Below are positions 11,629-21,715 of a stretch of DNA of 64,000 nucleotides, one piece after another. The DNA is from Andalucia godoyi And28 (taxonomy: Eukaryota; Protista; Jakobida): contig VRVR01000024.1 of the NCBI GenBank assembly GCA_009859145.1, positions 56,896 to 120,895 of the forward strand, written 5' to 3'. The position numbers were made by a program, and so were the translations under genes. The notes under the pieces are model-generated. The model was not told the DNA's origin and ran no database searches. It saw only the letters and a list, made by a program, of their open reading frames with translations. Every line of letters begins with the position of its first letter. Position 1 is the first letter of the stretch.

Positions 11629-11823
11629 TTACTTGCCGGCCTTGGGGTTCTGAGGAGAGTTCTTCCAGTTGTTTGCTGCAATGCGGAAGAGCTCCTTGTG
11701 GTTCATCTCGGGATGGTCCTTCTTCAGGCGGGCCAGCTCGTCCTTCATGAACTTGTTGTATGCGGAGGGCTCGCGCTTGGGCTTGTCTTCCTTGGCAGGC
11801 TTATCCTTGGAGGCACGGGGCAT
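11629..11823 (-). CDS. Small stand-alone YABBY/HMG-box-like DNA-binding protein (64 aa)
   Basis: KREPSAYNKFMKDELARLKKDHPEMNHKELFRIAANNW matches the YABBY-type HMG helix-loop-helix pattern; AAG-ATG start context. Confidence 0.85.
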   Translation of the reverse strand: MPRASKDKPAKEDKPKREPSAYNKFMKDELARLKKDHPEMNHKELFRIAANNWKNSPQNPKAGK

Positions 11824-12336
11824 CTTGGTTAGTTGGTAAGGGGGGAGTTAGTTATAAAACAAACGAATAATAAAGAGAAGAAGGGAAAAAAGTAGAAAAG
11901 GGAAAAAAGAAGAAAGGGGAAAAAAGAAAAGAGGGAAAAGGAAAAGGGATTTAATAGATCTTATAGGAAAACCCAATAGGCCTTTGAGAAATGAGGCAGT
12001 CGGCCTGGAGGATATCCCTTAGTCTCTCCTATTGCATAAGGGCCAATTGGGCGCCAAAGGGACCCTCATACCCCCTCCACTCCACTGGCGGCCCGTTCCA
12101 CCTTGGTGCAGAAAGTCCCAATTGGTGAGCCATCGGAGATCGGACAATAAAAAGGAAGGAAAATCCCCGCCATGCATCTCCCCTTTTATTAAACAGCTGG
12201 TGGCGACGAGGTACTATATCATTATTTTATTTGTTTATTTATTTATTTTGGTTATTCTTTTGATTCCTCTTGCTGCGAATTGTGCGATGTGCCCCAGTCA
12301 TCAATGGGAGGGTGGGTGGCAATGTCTGTTTATTGA

Positions 12337-13293
12337 TCATTCTCCAATGTTGGATCCATCTCCCGGGAGGTACTTGCCCTCTGCAGTCTTGAGCTCGTCC
12401 ATTCCCTGCAGTCTAAAGACCTCCTTGACGGTCGCGACTCTTCCCTCGACGTCCAGCAGGTTCTGATCCTTGAAAATCTTGTTCGAGATGTCCTGCATGG
12501 CCTTGACGGACGCACGCATGTTGTGGTTTGCCCAGATGACTGTGGACACTCCAATCTCTTCGAATCTCTTTGTCGGGGTCTTGTAGTACTTTGTCGGAAC
12601 AATGACAACCGGGGCCGGGGCGCCAACCTTGTGCCACTCCGCCATGAATCCCTCAATGTCGGAAGGATCACTCTTCTTGGAGTGCATCAGCACGGCATCT
12701 GCTCCTGCCGATGCATAGGCAAGTGCACGACGGACCGCCTCCTCCATCGGCCATCCAGCAATCAAGGCCTCCACGCGCGCAACCACACAAAAGTCCTTGT
12801 CAGACTGCGCATCCTTGCATGCTCGGATCTTCAGTGCAAACTCATCGACGTCAGCCAGCGTCTGTCGGCCGTCATCCAGCAGTGAGTTTGTCTTGGGAAA
12901 CAGCTTGTCCTCAAGACACACTCCCGCAACTCCGCGCTGCTCAAGCTTGCGAACAAGTCGGCGCGCATTGTTGAAGTTTCCGTACCCCGTGTCTCCATCC
13001 AGAAGAATCGGAATCGTCGTCGCATCCGACATAAACTCAAGAACATCCAAAACCTGAGTCCACGACGCTTCATTCGAGTCGCGAACTCCAAGCTGCGCAG
13101 AAATCGACAACCCGGACCCCCAAATGCCTGAAAACCCAGCCTCCTGCACAATCCGCGCAGACAAACCGTTGTGCGCCTCCATCAAAAACGTCAGCTCATT
13201 CGACGTAAGAAGCGTCTTCAGCGCTTTTGTCTTCTTGGGAAACGAAGAAGGCGTCGAAAACGACCGTGCCAAGAATCGAACTGAAGAAAGCAT
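12337..13293 (-). CDS. pepM: Phosphoenolpyruvate phosphomutase (PEP mutase) with a mitochondrial-type presequence
   Basis: [31 protein letters not shown] and the PEP-mutase loop [11 protein letters not shown] (not the KKCGH of isocitrate lyases). N-terminus [13 protein letters not shown] is R/S/L-rich and has no acidic residue. Confidence 0.93.
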   Translation of the reverse strand: MLSSVRFLARSFSTPSSFPKKTKALKTLLTSNELTFLMEAHNGLSARIVQEAGFSGIWGSGLSISAQLGVRDSNEASWTQVLDVLEFMSDATTIPILLDGDTGYGNFNNARRLVRKLEQRGVAGVCLEDKLFPKTNSLLDDGRQTLADVDEFALKIRACKDAQSDKDFCVVARVEALIAGWPMEEAVRRALAYASAGADAVLMHSKKSDPSDIEGFMAEWHKVGAPAPVVIVPTKYYKTPTKRFEEIGVSTVIWANHNMRASVKAMQDISNKIFKDQNLLDVEGRVATVKEVFRLQGMDELKTAEGKYLPGDGSNIGE

Positions 13294-13491
13294 CTCTAGT
13301 TTTCCTCTTTTTTATTCCCCTCTTTGTTTTCCTTATGCAACTGCCCAATTTGACAATTTAGAAAAGCAAGACACCGATACGGACACAGACAAACGGAAGA
13401 AGGAAAAAAGAATGAAGAACGTAAAATCCGAGCATACAGAGTCGTCCTTGATCACATTGCAGGAAACCCTTCCCAAAACGCAAGACGAGCA

Positions 13492-13513
13492 CTAGGGTTT
13501 TGATCTAGGGTTT
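13492..13513 (+). promoter_or_regulatory. Tandem telo-box-like motifs (CTAGGGTTT x2) upstream of PEP mutase
   Basis: CTAGGGTTT at 13492-13500 and 13505-13513; reads AAACCCTAG on the gene strand. Confidence 0.4.
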
Positions 13514-13686
13514 GAAAGCACAAAACAAAACAGAAAATCCAATCTCTTTGAGTCGTGATGCTTCTTTTAGCATATGTTTACGGCAGGTGATTGAGTATAC
13601 TGGTATAGTGATGGAAAAAAGACATGGATGAGCAGAGTGGTGGACGGAGAAAATGGGAGATTATGATGATAGGATGCATGATTGCA

Positions 13687-13860
13687 TTACTTTCCGAGAC
13701 CAAACTTGTCCTTGATCCCCTGATACGTGGGCTGGACGGCAAACCAGGCAGCAACGCCTCCAGCAAGACCCCAGCGGACAGCAAGCGGCATCCTGTAGCG
13801 CAGGAAGAGCTGCTCGCCGTACGGAAGCCGCAAGTTCTTGGCAATAAACTCCAGGTCCAT
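13687..13860 (-). CDS. QCR10: Cytochrome b-c1 complex subunit 10 (QCR10/UQCR11-like), 57 aa
   Basis: Single transmembrane motif AVRWGLAGGVAAWFAVQP resembles the plant/protist QCR10 pattern (W-G-x-A...xxQP); ATG at 13860. Confidence 0.7.
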   Translation of the reverse strand: MDLEFIAKNLRLPYGEQLFLRYRMPLAVRWGLAGGVAAWFAVQPTYQGIKDKFGLGK

Positions 13861-14005
13861 TTTTTTCTCGTATTTGTTTGAAAGTCCTTTCTTTCTTTCT
13901 TCTTCTTTCTTTCTTTCTCCCCCTTTCCCTTCTCTCAATCGACAGTTCCTATGCACAAAAGACAAAAACGAAAAAGACGAAAATACTTTGGAGAAAAAGG
14001 GACTG

Positions 14006-14025
14006 AGGGTTAGGGTTAGGGTTAG
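14006..14025 (+). repeat. Interstitial telomere-type repeat (AGGGTT)x3 upstream of QCR10
   Basis: agggttagggttagggttag read directly. Confidence 0.75.
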
Positions 14026-14077
14026 TGCACAATACAAAAACGGAATGGGGGCGGAAGCCGGGGACAGGGGGGATGGT

Positions 14078-16807
14078 TTACGAAGAATCTGGTTCGTCTG
14101 GCACGGCACAGGCGGCGTTGAGCAAGGACTGGATGCCGGGGATCAGCAGCGGAGAGGAGGAGGCGGCGAAGATGGAAGAGCCATGCTCAAGATGCGATAC
14201 GGTCACGGAAAACGAGGCGTTGCCAACGACTGGAACGAGAAACAGCGCAAATCCAGCGTCGACAGCTTCGGTGCAAGAAGCGCGCTTTGGACCGTGTTCT
14301 GGAGCCTCGACACCAAGAAGCACAGAAAATCTTGAGATCAGCTTGTGGGGACGAACGTACGGCACAAACCGTGTCCATTGGTGGACTTGTGAGCGAATCG
14401 CGGCATCGTAGCACGGTGCATTACCGAGCTGCTCTTCAGAGAAGAAGACGTGGGATGGGAGACATAGATCGTCAAACGAGATGCACAGAGGTTGGAGAGA
14501 TGCTGAGAATGCGTTTCCGGACGTGTCGAAAAAGTCGAGCATGAGCTGCACGGGGATATCGAGCATCGGAGCGCCTAGGTTGAACGACGCACACAGTCGG
14601 TGCGCAGAGCCGGGCGCAAGGGTGCCGATAAATAGGGTCGCTGGTGGTGCGCTGGGCTGCAGCAGCACATTCATGGGAACCTGCAGCCGGAGCCGACATC
14701 CATACAGAGTTCGGCTGATCTCAGATTGGGATTCGGGCGAGTAGCGAAGCACAAGAGGTAGAAGCAGCATGTGGTTGTCATCAATCTCCGTTGCATTGGC
14801 ATCCCCATCGTACTGCATCATGCGCTCCTGAAGAGACGAGAAATGCCTCGATACTGTGCACACCTTCGAGAACGAGCTATCGGCAACACCCGCAACAAGA
14901 AACGTAGTATCCGCTGCTGAAGAAGATGACGAAGATGGTGGTGATGATGACACGGATGTTGGCAACGACGACGATAACAGATAGGGAGGCGCAGAGGGGC
15001 TGCCAGGACTTGCATGCTGAGCAAGGAGCCGGTGGCGGACGGCGGGCTGGACGGTAGCAAAGATATTCCGATAGACGCGAGTCAGGGCAACCACGTCTGG
15101 CGCTGTATGCAGGTACGCTCGATTGACTAACGACAGCAGCTGGGAAACAGCGGCATCGAATTCGTATCCTGTGTAGTTATCTGGAGTGCCAATTGTGTGG
15201 ATATCGGCGACAACACTCTGAACAAGCTCGAGAAAAAGATATCCCACAGATCGGTCCGTGAGTGCGCTCTGGGAAAATCGAGCAGCAAAGCATTGCAAGA
15301 GTTCGAGTGCGCTGGGGACAACTTCAAAGGGAATACGATGGTGCGACATGGAGGCGATCAGGAATCGAAGAACGCCCGCCAGCGACGATTCGACAACCTG
15401 CAAGGATGCAAAGACGACTATCAGCAGCTCGGAAACAATATCAAGATAACCCAGGGATTCGGCGGACTCGTCCGCCAGCATTGAAGAGGCTGCTGCTGCG
15501 TGAGAGGGCTGAGTTGGGCTGGAATGCTGCAGTGTCGCTAGCAAGTCGGCGAGCAAAGACAGGAACTGTGGACGGGCAGACAAGACTCGGCCAACCACTG
15601 GAAGCACTGCAGATGCGCATCGGCGATCACAAAGTAAAAGCTGCGGTACAAACCAGAAGAACGATTGTGTCCAAAAGTGGGATCGCGAATGAGGCATGCT
15701 CTTCGACAATAGATCGAGCGCTGATGCGCAATCACTCATGTCACCAAAATGTCGGAAACGACGGATCAGAACTGCCAATTTGGCGTGCAATACCACGGCG
15801 GAATCAAGAATCGTGACAGAAAACACCGAAGAGAACGATTGCTGCTCGTTTCGAATTTCGCGGTCGACGAGCTCGGAAAAGTAAAACAGCTTCTGAAAGT
15901 CGTCGGCAAATGCATTGGAAGACAGGCCAGCCATTGTTTGGAAGACTTGAGAGTCGTCTGCTTTGACGAGGTTTGTGTGGCTCGGTGACTGCGAAAGCGT
16001 CTTTGCACAAAGCATTGAAGGCGCGTATTGAGATGCTTCCGCGCAAGATGAAAGCAAAATGGGAGCAAAGGAAGTGACAAACTTGCTGTACCGTTCGTGA
16101 AATGCCGTCAACACCCGAGACTGCACGCGTCCATCCATCTGGAAAACGGGTCTCAGATTTTCAACCAACGATGCAATAACAAAGGATGTGAACCCAGTAA
16201 GGTTCTTTGACACGGCAGACAGCAGCTTCTGCTCTGAAAGGCTGGATGTCGAGTCCAGTGTCCCGGTTGCCGATCCGTTGCTGAACAGCGCCGTTTGCAC
16301 AAGCCGTACGAATGACTGCAGAATAATGCACTGCTGGCGCTCCAATTCGGTGGAGAGGGGCTCAACATACTGCCGGATCGTCCCGGGTGTGCACAGCTCG
16401 ATTTCCCGCAGACATTCGCAAGCAGTGCTCGTCAACAGCGGCCGATCTTCAAATCTACCACGCACTGCAATGTCCAGCGTGAGGTTCAGAAACCGATAGA
16501 AGCACGAATGAAACGACGACGAGTCTGCATGGGACAGCAGAACTTCTGTTGAAAACACCAGCATCTGGCAGGCAACCGGCTCCGAAATGAACTTTCGCGT
16601 CGACGGATCCGCAAGCGACTCCTGCACAAACGAGATCCACCGTTCCGTCTCCTGTGCGTTCGCCAGATCCAGGCTGCACAAATCTCGGATCTTCTCAATG
16701 TCCCCCAGGCGTGTCGATTGGATCGTCAGGATCGGCGCAATCTCCGTCACTTGCAGACCCCACTTGGAGTCGCTGGACGAAGAGCTTGACTTTGATGAGC
16801 GTGGAAT
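14078..16807 (-). CDS. AP5B1: AP-5 complex subunit beta-1 (start uncertain; probable ATT at 16807)
   Basis: RPLLTSTACECLREIELCTPG matches the AP5B1 signature (ACECLRELE); alpha-solenoid trunk, hinge and beta-rich ear; about 910 aa. Confidence 0.8.
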   Translation of the reverse strand: MPRSSKSSSSSSDSKWGLQVTEIAPILTIQSTRLGDIEKIRDLCSLDLANAQETERWISFVQESLADPSTRKFISEPVACQMLVFSTEVLLSHADSSSFHSCFYRFLNLTLDIAVRGRFEDRPLLTSTACECLREIELCTPGTIRQYVEPLSTELERQQCIILQSFVRLVQTALFSNGSATGTLDSTSSLSEQKLLSAVSKNLTGFTSFVIASLVENLRPVFQMDGRVQSRVLTAFHERYSKFVTSFAPILLSSCAEASQYAPSMLCAKTLSQSPSHTNLVKADDSQVFQTMAGLSSNAFADDFQKLFYFSELVDREIRNEQQSFSSVFSVTILDSAVVLHAKLAVLIRRFRHFGDMSDCASALDLLSKSMPHSRSHFWTQSFFWFVPQLLLCDRRCASAVLPVVGRVLSARPQFLSLLADLLATLQHSSPTQPSHAAAASSMLADESAESLGYLDIVSELLIVVFASLQVVESSLAGVLRFLIASMSHHRIPFEVVPSALELLQCFAARFSQSALTDRSVGYLFLELVQSVVADIHTIGTPDNYTGYEFDAAVSQLLSLVNRAYLHTAPDVVALTRVYRNIFATVQPAVRHRLLAQHASPGSPSAPPYLLSSSLPTSVSSSPPSSSSSSAADTTFLVAGVADSSFSKVCTVSRHFSSLQERMMQYDGDANATEIDDNHMLLLPLVLRYSPESQSEISRTLYGCRLRLQVPMNVLLQPSAPPATLFIGTLAPGSAHRLCASFNLGAPMLDIPVQLMLDFFDTSGNAFSASLQPLCISFDDLCLPSHVFFSEEQLGNAPCYDAAIRSQVHQWTRFVPYVRPHKLISRFSVLLGVEAPEHGPKRASCTEAVDAGFALFLVPVVGNASFSVTVSHLEHGSSIFAASSSPLLIPGIQSLLNAACAVPDEPDSS

Positions 16808-17219
16808 CTTCTTTTTCCTTCCTCCGTTTTCTTTCCCCCCGCACCGTTCACACTTCACAGCAGTACACACGAGTACAAACCTTTTGAATCCTTATCAAAA
16901 TATGAATGTCAGAAAGAAGAAAGAAGAAGAAGAAAAAAGAAGAAACAGAAGAAAAAGGAAATAAGAGTCGAGCAACGAGCAGCGGACAGAGTGGGGGAAA
17001 GCTCTTTTTCGACAATCATTGATTTTTATTTCTTTTGGGTTCTCAGCTCGAGTACAAAACACAGATCGTTACATACATGTATAAAAGCAAGAGGGAGACA
17101 TGCATAACATCGAAAAACAAGACAAGAAAAAACCACACACACAAACATTAGCAACAACAAAAGGGGAAAATGAGGACCCCGAGACTATACAACACAAGAG
17201 ACGTAGACTTGGAATTGGA

Positions 17220-17438
17220 CTACATGACTGAACAGCAGCCACCGCCAGAGGGCGACTCTTTCCACTTGTTTGGGTTTGTGACGTTGTCCCAGCCTGGCAG
17301 AAACGGGTCCTTTGTCTCGGACACCGCCTTGATGAGCGTCGCGCATGCTTCCGAAGACTTGATGGCTCGTTTTGCAATTTCAAGCTCCTGCTTCAGCCTT
17401 GCGTTTTCCTCTTGCTGCTGACGAAGCTGATAGTCCAT
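17220..17438 (-). CDS. Heterotrimeric G-protein gamma subunit (72 aa)
   Basis: N-terminal coiled coil (QLRQQQEENARLKQEL), IKSSEAC, DPFLP, NPNKW and terminal CaaX CSVM; ATG at 17438. Confidence 0.85.
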   Translation of the reverse strand: MDYQLRQQQEENARLKQELEIAKRAIKSSEACATLIKAVSETKDPFLPGWDNVTNPNKWKESPSGGGCCSVM

Positions 17439-17460
17439 TTTACTATGCAATCGTGTTGGA

Positions 17461-17464
<4 letters not shown>

Positions 17465-17493
<29 letters not shown>
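17465..17493. repeat. (CT)n microsatellite upstream of G-gamma
   Basis: Perfect dinucleotide run. Confidence 0.9.
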
Positions 17494-17497
<4 letters not shown>

Positions 17498-17665
17498 ATT
17501 GGAAGTATAACAGAGAATTCAGTTCGGGATGTTCATCGGAATCTATACACTCAGTCAGTGCTTCGGAGGGAACGTTCACTTCCAATACAGCAGGCGGCTG
17601 GTGCTACAGCAGGAGATGATAAATTACAATACAGTACAGAATTCGCGAAAAGACTCGCTTCAGGA

Positions 17666-20134
17666 CTAGGATCGAATGGCGTCCATCAAGACTTGGCGCT
17701 CTTCATCGTCGCTGAGTTCGTCGAAAACGGCATCCTGACCATGGCATCGTCTGCCGATCCGCTGTCCGTCGTCGAGAACAATGATGTCATCGTCCTCGAT
17801 CGCTTCCGGGTCTGCATCTCCTGCTTCACGAGACACGTCCTCCTCTGCTGCCTCGCCGCTGCAATATCTCGAAGATGCATGAGTGGAAGCAGAGAGGCTG
17901 CGACGGACGGACACTTTGGAACCCGAAAAAGAAGACGACGATGACGACTGCCGGGCTGTAACGGAACCGGAGGTGGCGGCAAGCCGGGGAGCCTCCGATG
18001 ACACCGCCTGGTCTCCTCCAGCCTGAGAATGGTGTTTTGCAGACTTGGTTGTATGGACTGGCGGGCGCGCGTGCGATAAGAGAAGATTCTGGCTGCTCTT
18101 ATGCGTCCGGGAAGCCAAGTTGAAAGAAGACGTCCCTGCAAGCTTTGCAAACGACGCCATGAGAAGCTCTTCCTGGCGAAGCTTCGTCAGCAGCCTCTCC
18201 TGATGTTCCTTCTGGCGTTTCTGGTGATTCACTTCCTGGCGCTCCAACATTTCACGGCGCTCGTCCCACTTTGATGTTACAATGCGCGGTGCCGCCAATC
18301 GAGAAACCATTTGCGAGAACTCCTGCTCCGTCTTTGGAGGCGGGACAGCTCGAGTGGCTGGAGCAGAAGACGGCTTCCGATGAATGAGGCTGGACGGAGC
18401 TCGCCGAACCACAAACGCGGTGTCTTCTCCAAACTCCTCACCGTCGCTGGCCTCCCGAACCACATCATCACCATCGTCGTCGCCGTCGTCGTCGTCGTAG
18501 CTCTTACCATTGCGATTGTCTTTGTCATCTTCATCGTTATCACATTCGAAGTCGTCATCATAATGTTGCGCAGCCGTTATCCTATCACTGTCCCCGGCGT
18601 GCGAATATCGATCTGGGCTCTCCACGGATCCAGGTGTTGGCTTTGGCTTTGGCTGCGGCTGCGGTCGCGAAACGTGCGCAGACAACGATCGCTTGGAGGA
18701 CGATACCCTTGACGAAGATGCGTGTCCGTGGCGACGAGAACTCTGACTCAAAGCGGACGCACCAGAGGTCCTGGGTCTTTGAGATTCGGCCAAGTGATGA
18801 TCAGAAGCAGCCAGTGCCGATTCCTCTTCGTTGACCTTTTCTGACGCACACGACAACATCCGCGGACCGCACACTTTGCAGACCTTGAACGTTTTGTAAA
18901 GAAACGCCTGCTGATTTCGCAACTTGAGATAACGATCCAACGTCAGCGCCGGCTGGACTCGTTTTAGAACTGCAGGTACAACAAGGACAGGACCCTTCTT
19001 GCTCATCCCCATGGCCCTTTCCTCTTCTTCCTCGCTCCCCGAGGTAGGAACAGAAAACGGCCGTGGCACATCCTTTTGCTGCTGCGCATCCGAACTCTGA
19101 ATTGCCATCTTGTAAGTAATGTCGTAGATAAAGTCTGACTGAGGAAACAATTGATTGCAGCTCGGGCACAGATCAAAACCTCTGGAAGGCGCATCCGCAT
19201 CCGTATTGCCTGACGATGCGGGAAGGAATGGTTGGCTGATGATACCTTTCGGCGGGCGGATGGAGCGAAATGCGTCCACTGGAATCGTCATCCGGGGTCG
19301 GGCCGTTGGCTGCACGGCGGACGAATAATGGTGATCTGCCCCAAGTGGCTTTGAAGCGTATACAGGGACCGTTTCCAGATTGGAACACCAAAGAAAATGC
19401 AGCTGATCCAGCTCGTCAAACTTGAAAAAGCACTCCATCTTGCGGACTGTCCAGATTTCCCCTGCTGTCATCGCAATATGGCGTGCAATTTCTGCACAAA
19501 CACCCTGAATTCGCCCAACGAGAGACGGAGACGTCATTGGGGAGTCCAGCGCAAGATGGGAGGCGCCCTCAAACGTCACTACTCGATCATACATGTGTGC
19601 GTGACGGTCCGACAACCGATTTAAATTTACCTTTCGCTCGATTACGCAAAGAGACGGGCTCCAAGACGCCTGAATAAGACTATTGGATCCGCCTTTTGGA
19701 TCAACGAAAGCCTGCAGAATCCCTGATTTTCGAGCCTCCTTCGTTGCAACGAACTGATTGTGTACAAATTCGCGGAGACTGTTCTTGTCGAAATACTCCA
19801 TCACAATCACGACTTCTCCAGCACTGCTTATTTCGTCAGACAGGTAATATGCAACGACTTCCGACACGTGGTTGTGCTTCAGAAATGTCTGGCAAATGGT
19901 ATCCTCTGTAACATTCCATCGATTCTTTCGAAGCAGCGACCGACCGTCTTTCGCAGACGTAAAGTACCATTGTGGCGGCTGCCGGTCGAAAAAAAGCACC
20001 GTTTCTGGAATCTTGCACGACTGAAACGCTTTTCCGCCGCCTTGGTCACGCCACAGCAACGAATACACCGAGTCCACACCAAGAGTGCAGAGACCGAGAT
20101 GCGGTTTGCAGAACGCACATGCAGAATGTGACAT
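17666..20134 (-). CDS. Conserved-looking hypothetical protist protein (about 822 aa)
   Basis: Ordered N-terminal domain (KIPETVLF...WYFTS, GILQAFVDPKG, VTFEG, LHFLWCS), two CxxC pairs (CPSC, CKVC) and a disordered C-terminal half; ATG at 20134. Confidence 0.75.
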   Translation of the reverse strand: MSHSACAFCKPHLGLCTLGVDSVYSLLWRDQGGGKAFQSCKIPETVLFFDRQPPQWYFTSAKDGRSLLRKNRWNVTEDTICQTFLKHNHVSEVVAYYLSDEISSAGEVVIVMEYFDKNSLREFVHNQFVATKEARKSGILQAFVDPKGGSNSLIQASWSPSLCVIERKVNLNRLSDRHAHMYDRVVTFEGASHLALDSPMTSPSLVGRIQGVCAEIARHIAMTAGEIWTVRKMECFFKFDELDQLHFLWCSNLETVPVYASKPLGADHHYSSAVQPTARPRMTIPVDAFRSIRPPKGIISQPFLPASSGNTDADAPSRGFDLCPSCNQLFPQSDFIYDITYKMAIQSSDAQQQKDVPRPFSVPTSGSEEEEERAMGMSKKGPVLVVPAVLKRVQPALTLDRYLKLRNQQAFLYKTFKVCKVCGPRMLSCASEKVNEEESALAASDHHLAESQRPRTSGASALSQSSRRHGHASSSRVSSSKRSLSAHVSRPQPQPKPKPTPGSVESPDRYSHAGDSDRITAAQHYDDDFECDNDEDDKDNRNGKSYDDDDGDDDGDDVVREASDGEEFGEDTAFVVRRAPSSLIHRKPSSAPATRAVPPPKTEQEFSQMVSRLAAPRIVTSKWDERREMLERQEVNHQKRQKEHQERLLTKLRQEELLMASFAKLAGTSSFNLASRTHKSSQNLLLSHARPPVHTTKSAKHHSQAGGDQAVSSEAPRLAATSGSVTARQSSSSSSFSGSKVSVRRSLSASTHASSRYCSGEAAEEDVSREAGDADPEAIEDDDIIVLDDGQRIGRRCHGQDAVFDELSDDEERQVLMDAIRS

Positions 20135-20197
20135 TTTCCGAAACGCACACACACACACACTCACTCACACTCACTCACTCACTCACGCACGCACGCA

Positions 20198-20233
<36 letters not shown>

Positions 20234-21199
20234 TAATAATAAAAGGAGAAATTCCATTAAAACTCCAGCATGTAGCAGTCATCAACGGCTGGCAGTTTTG
20301 TGTATCAAATGTTAAACATCAAAGCAATACGAATCTCTTACCGTAGTCCAGTCTAGGAATTTCTTCGTTCTTTCACTTTTGTTTCTTTCATTTTATTGTT
20401 TTCTGTCTGTTTGTTTTATATTATCGAACCCTCAAGCAGACAAAACATCCCATGGCTCCAAGGAGGGATCTTCCCAACAAGCTCAAACCGGCCATGCCCC
20501 GAAGATAGCGAGAACCAAGGAACCCGTTGATTCCCTTCTCGTCGGAGGCGGAGAGCAAGATGAAGAAGAAGATCGTCAGACGGCAACTTGCTGAGCAAGC
20601 TGCTGATGATCATCAAATCACGAAGAAGTGATCGATTTGCGTTCGGAATGCGCTCTCAAGTCAGAGAACAAGAAGGAGCAAAGGAAAATGCGTCATCAGG
20701 CGCAATGTGTCCCACCGCCGACCTGATTCTCTTTTCTCCAGCGTTCATTTTGAATGATGAATCGATTGGGGAATATGTCGATTGCGATGACCCTTTGACT
20801 GCATTGAAGAGCTGGTGCTCGCTCCAAGTTAAAATAAAAACATGTGTTCTTGGATCTGTCGTCGGTGACAGTTTAGCCGATTGCCCAACCACTATTCATG
20901 GACTGGCGAGCGGAGAGATCGTTTCGACCCGAAGCCTCAACTGCAGCATCACGCCGGAAGGAAGGGAAAGCGTGCAGCTATGCGCTACGCACTGTGCACG
21001 AAGGGGAAAACACCGGAAGTCGACACTTGAACTGAGGAAAATCGGGAAACTCAAAAACGCTGCCTCGATTGTGATTTGCTGCTCTTCCTCAATTATTTTT
21101 CTTCACTTGAAATTTCTTTTTCTCTTTTCTTTCCTCCCTTCCTTTTTCTCTCCTTTTCTTTTCTGTGCAACGACACGAACAAGACAGACAAGACAAGAA

Positions 21200-21715
21200 A
21201 TGGCAAACCCGCGTGTTTTCTTTGATCTTTCGATCAACAACCAGCCTGCTGGACGTATTGTTTTCGAGCTTTTTGCAAACATTGTTCCGAAGACTGCTGA
21301 GAACTTCCGTTCCCTCTGCACTGGAGAGAAGGGAACTGGAAAGTCTGGAAAGCCGCTGCACTACAAGGGCTCCATCTTCCACCGCGTTATTCCTCAGTTC
21401 ATGGCACAGGGTGGTGACTTCACTCGTGGAAACGGAACTGGTGGAGAGTCTATCTACGGCGAGAAGTTCGCTGATGAGAACTTCAAGCTGAAGCATGACA
21501 AGCCCGGCCTGCTTTCGATGGCCAATGCCGGACCGGGAACAAATGGATCCCAGTTCTTCCTGACGTTCGTTGAATGCCCGTGGCTGGACGGAAAGCACGT
21601 CGTCTTCGGACAGGTTGTCGAAGGAAAGGAGCTCTTGCCGAAGCTCGAGTCCCTCGGATCCCAGTCCGGAAAGACCAAGGTTCCTATCGAGGTCTCCGAC
21701 TGCGGACAGCTCTAA
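21200..21715 (+). CDS. CYPA: Cyclophilin A-type peptidyl-prolyl isomerase
   Basis: [67 protein letters not shown]. The upstream extension in the ORF track is spurious. Confidence 0.97.
   Translation: MANPRVFFDLSINNQPAGRIVFELFANIVPKTAENFRSLCTGEKGTGKSGKPLHYKGSIFHRVIPQFMAQGGDFTRGNGTGGESIYGEKFADENFKLKHDKPGLLSMANAGPGTNGSQFFLTFVECPWLDGKHVVFGQVVEGKELLPKLESLGSQSGKTKVPIEVSDCGQL

Noticed and set aside
14006-14025. Chromosome end or fusion site
   Set aside because: There are only three repeats, in a 217-nt spacer between intact genes.
20588-21199. N-terminal extensions in the ORF track (cyclophilin from 20588; also DDX52 9542, OLA1 9684, ATPase 25222, RasGAP 40285, GINS3 58161, QCR10 14109, G-gamma 17585)
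   Set aside because: They start at non-ATG codons and translate microsatellite or pyrimidine tracts. In each case family homology begins at a downstream ATG.
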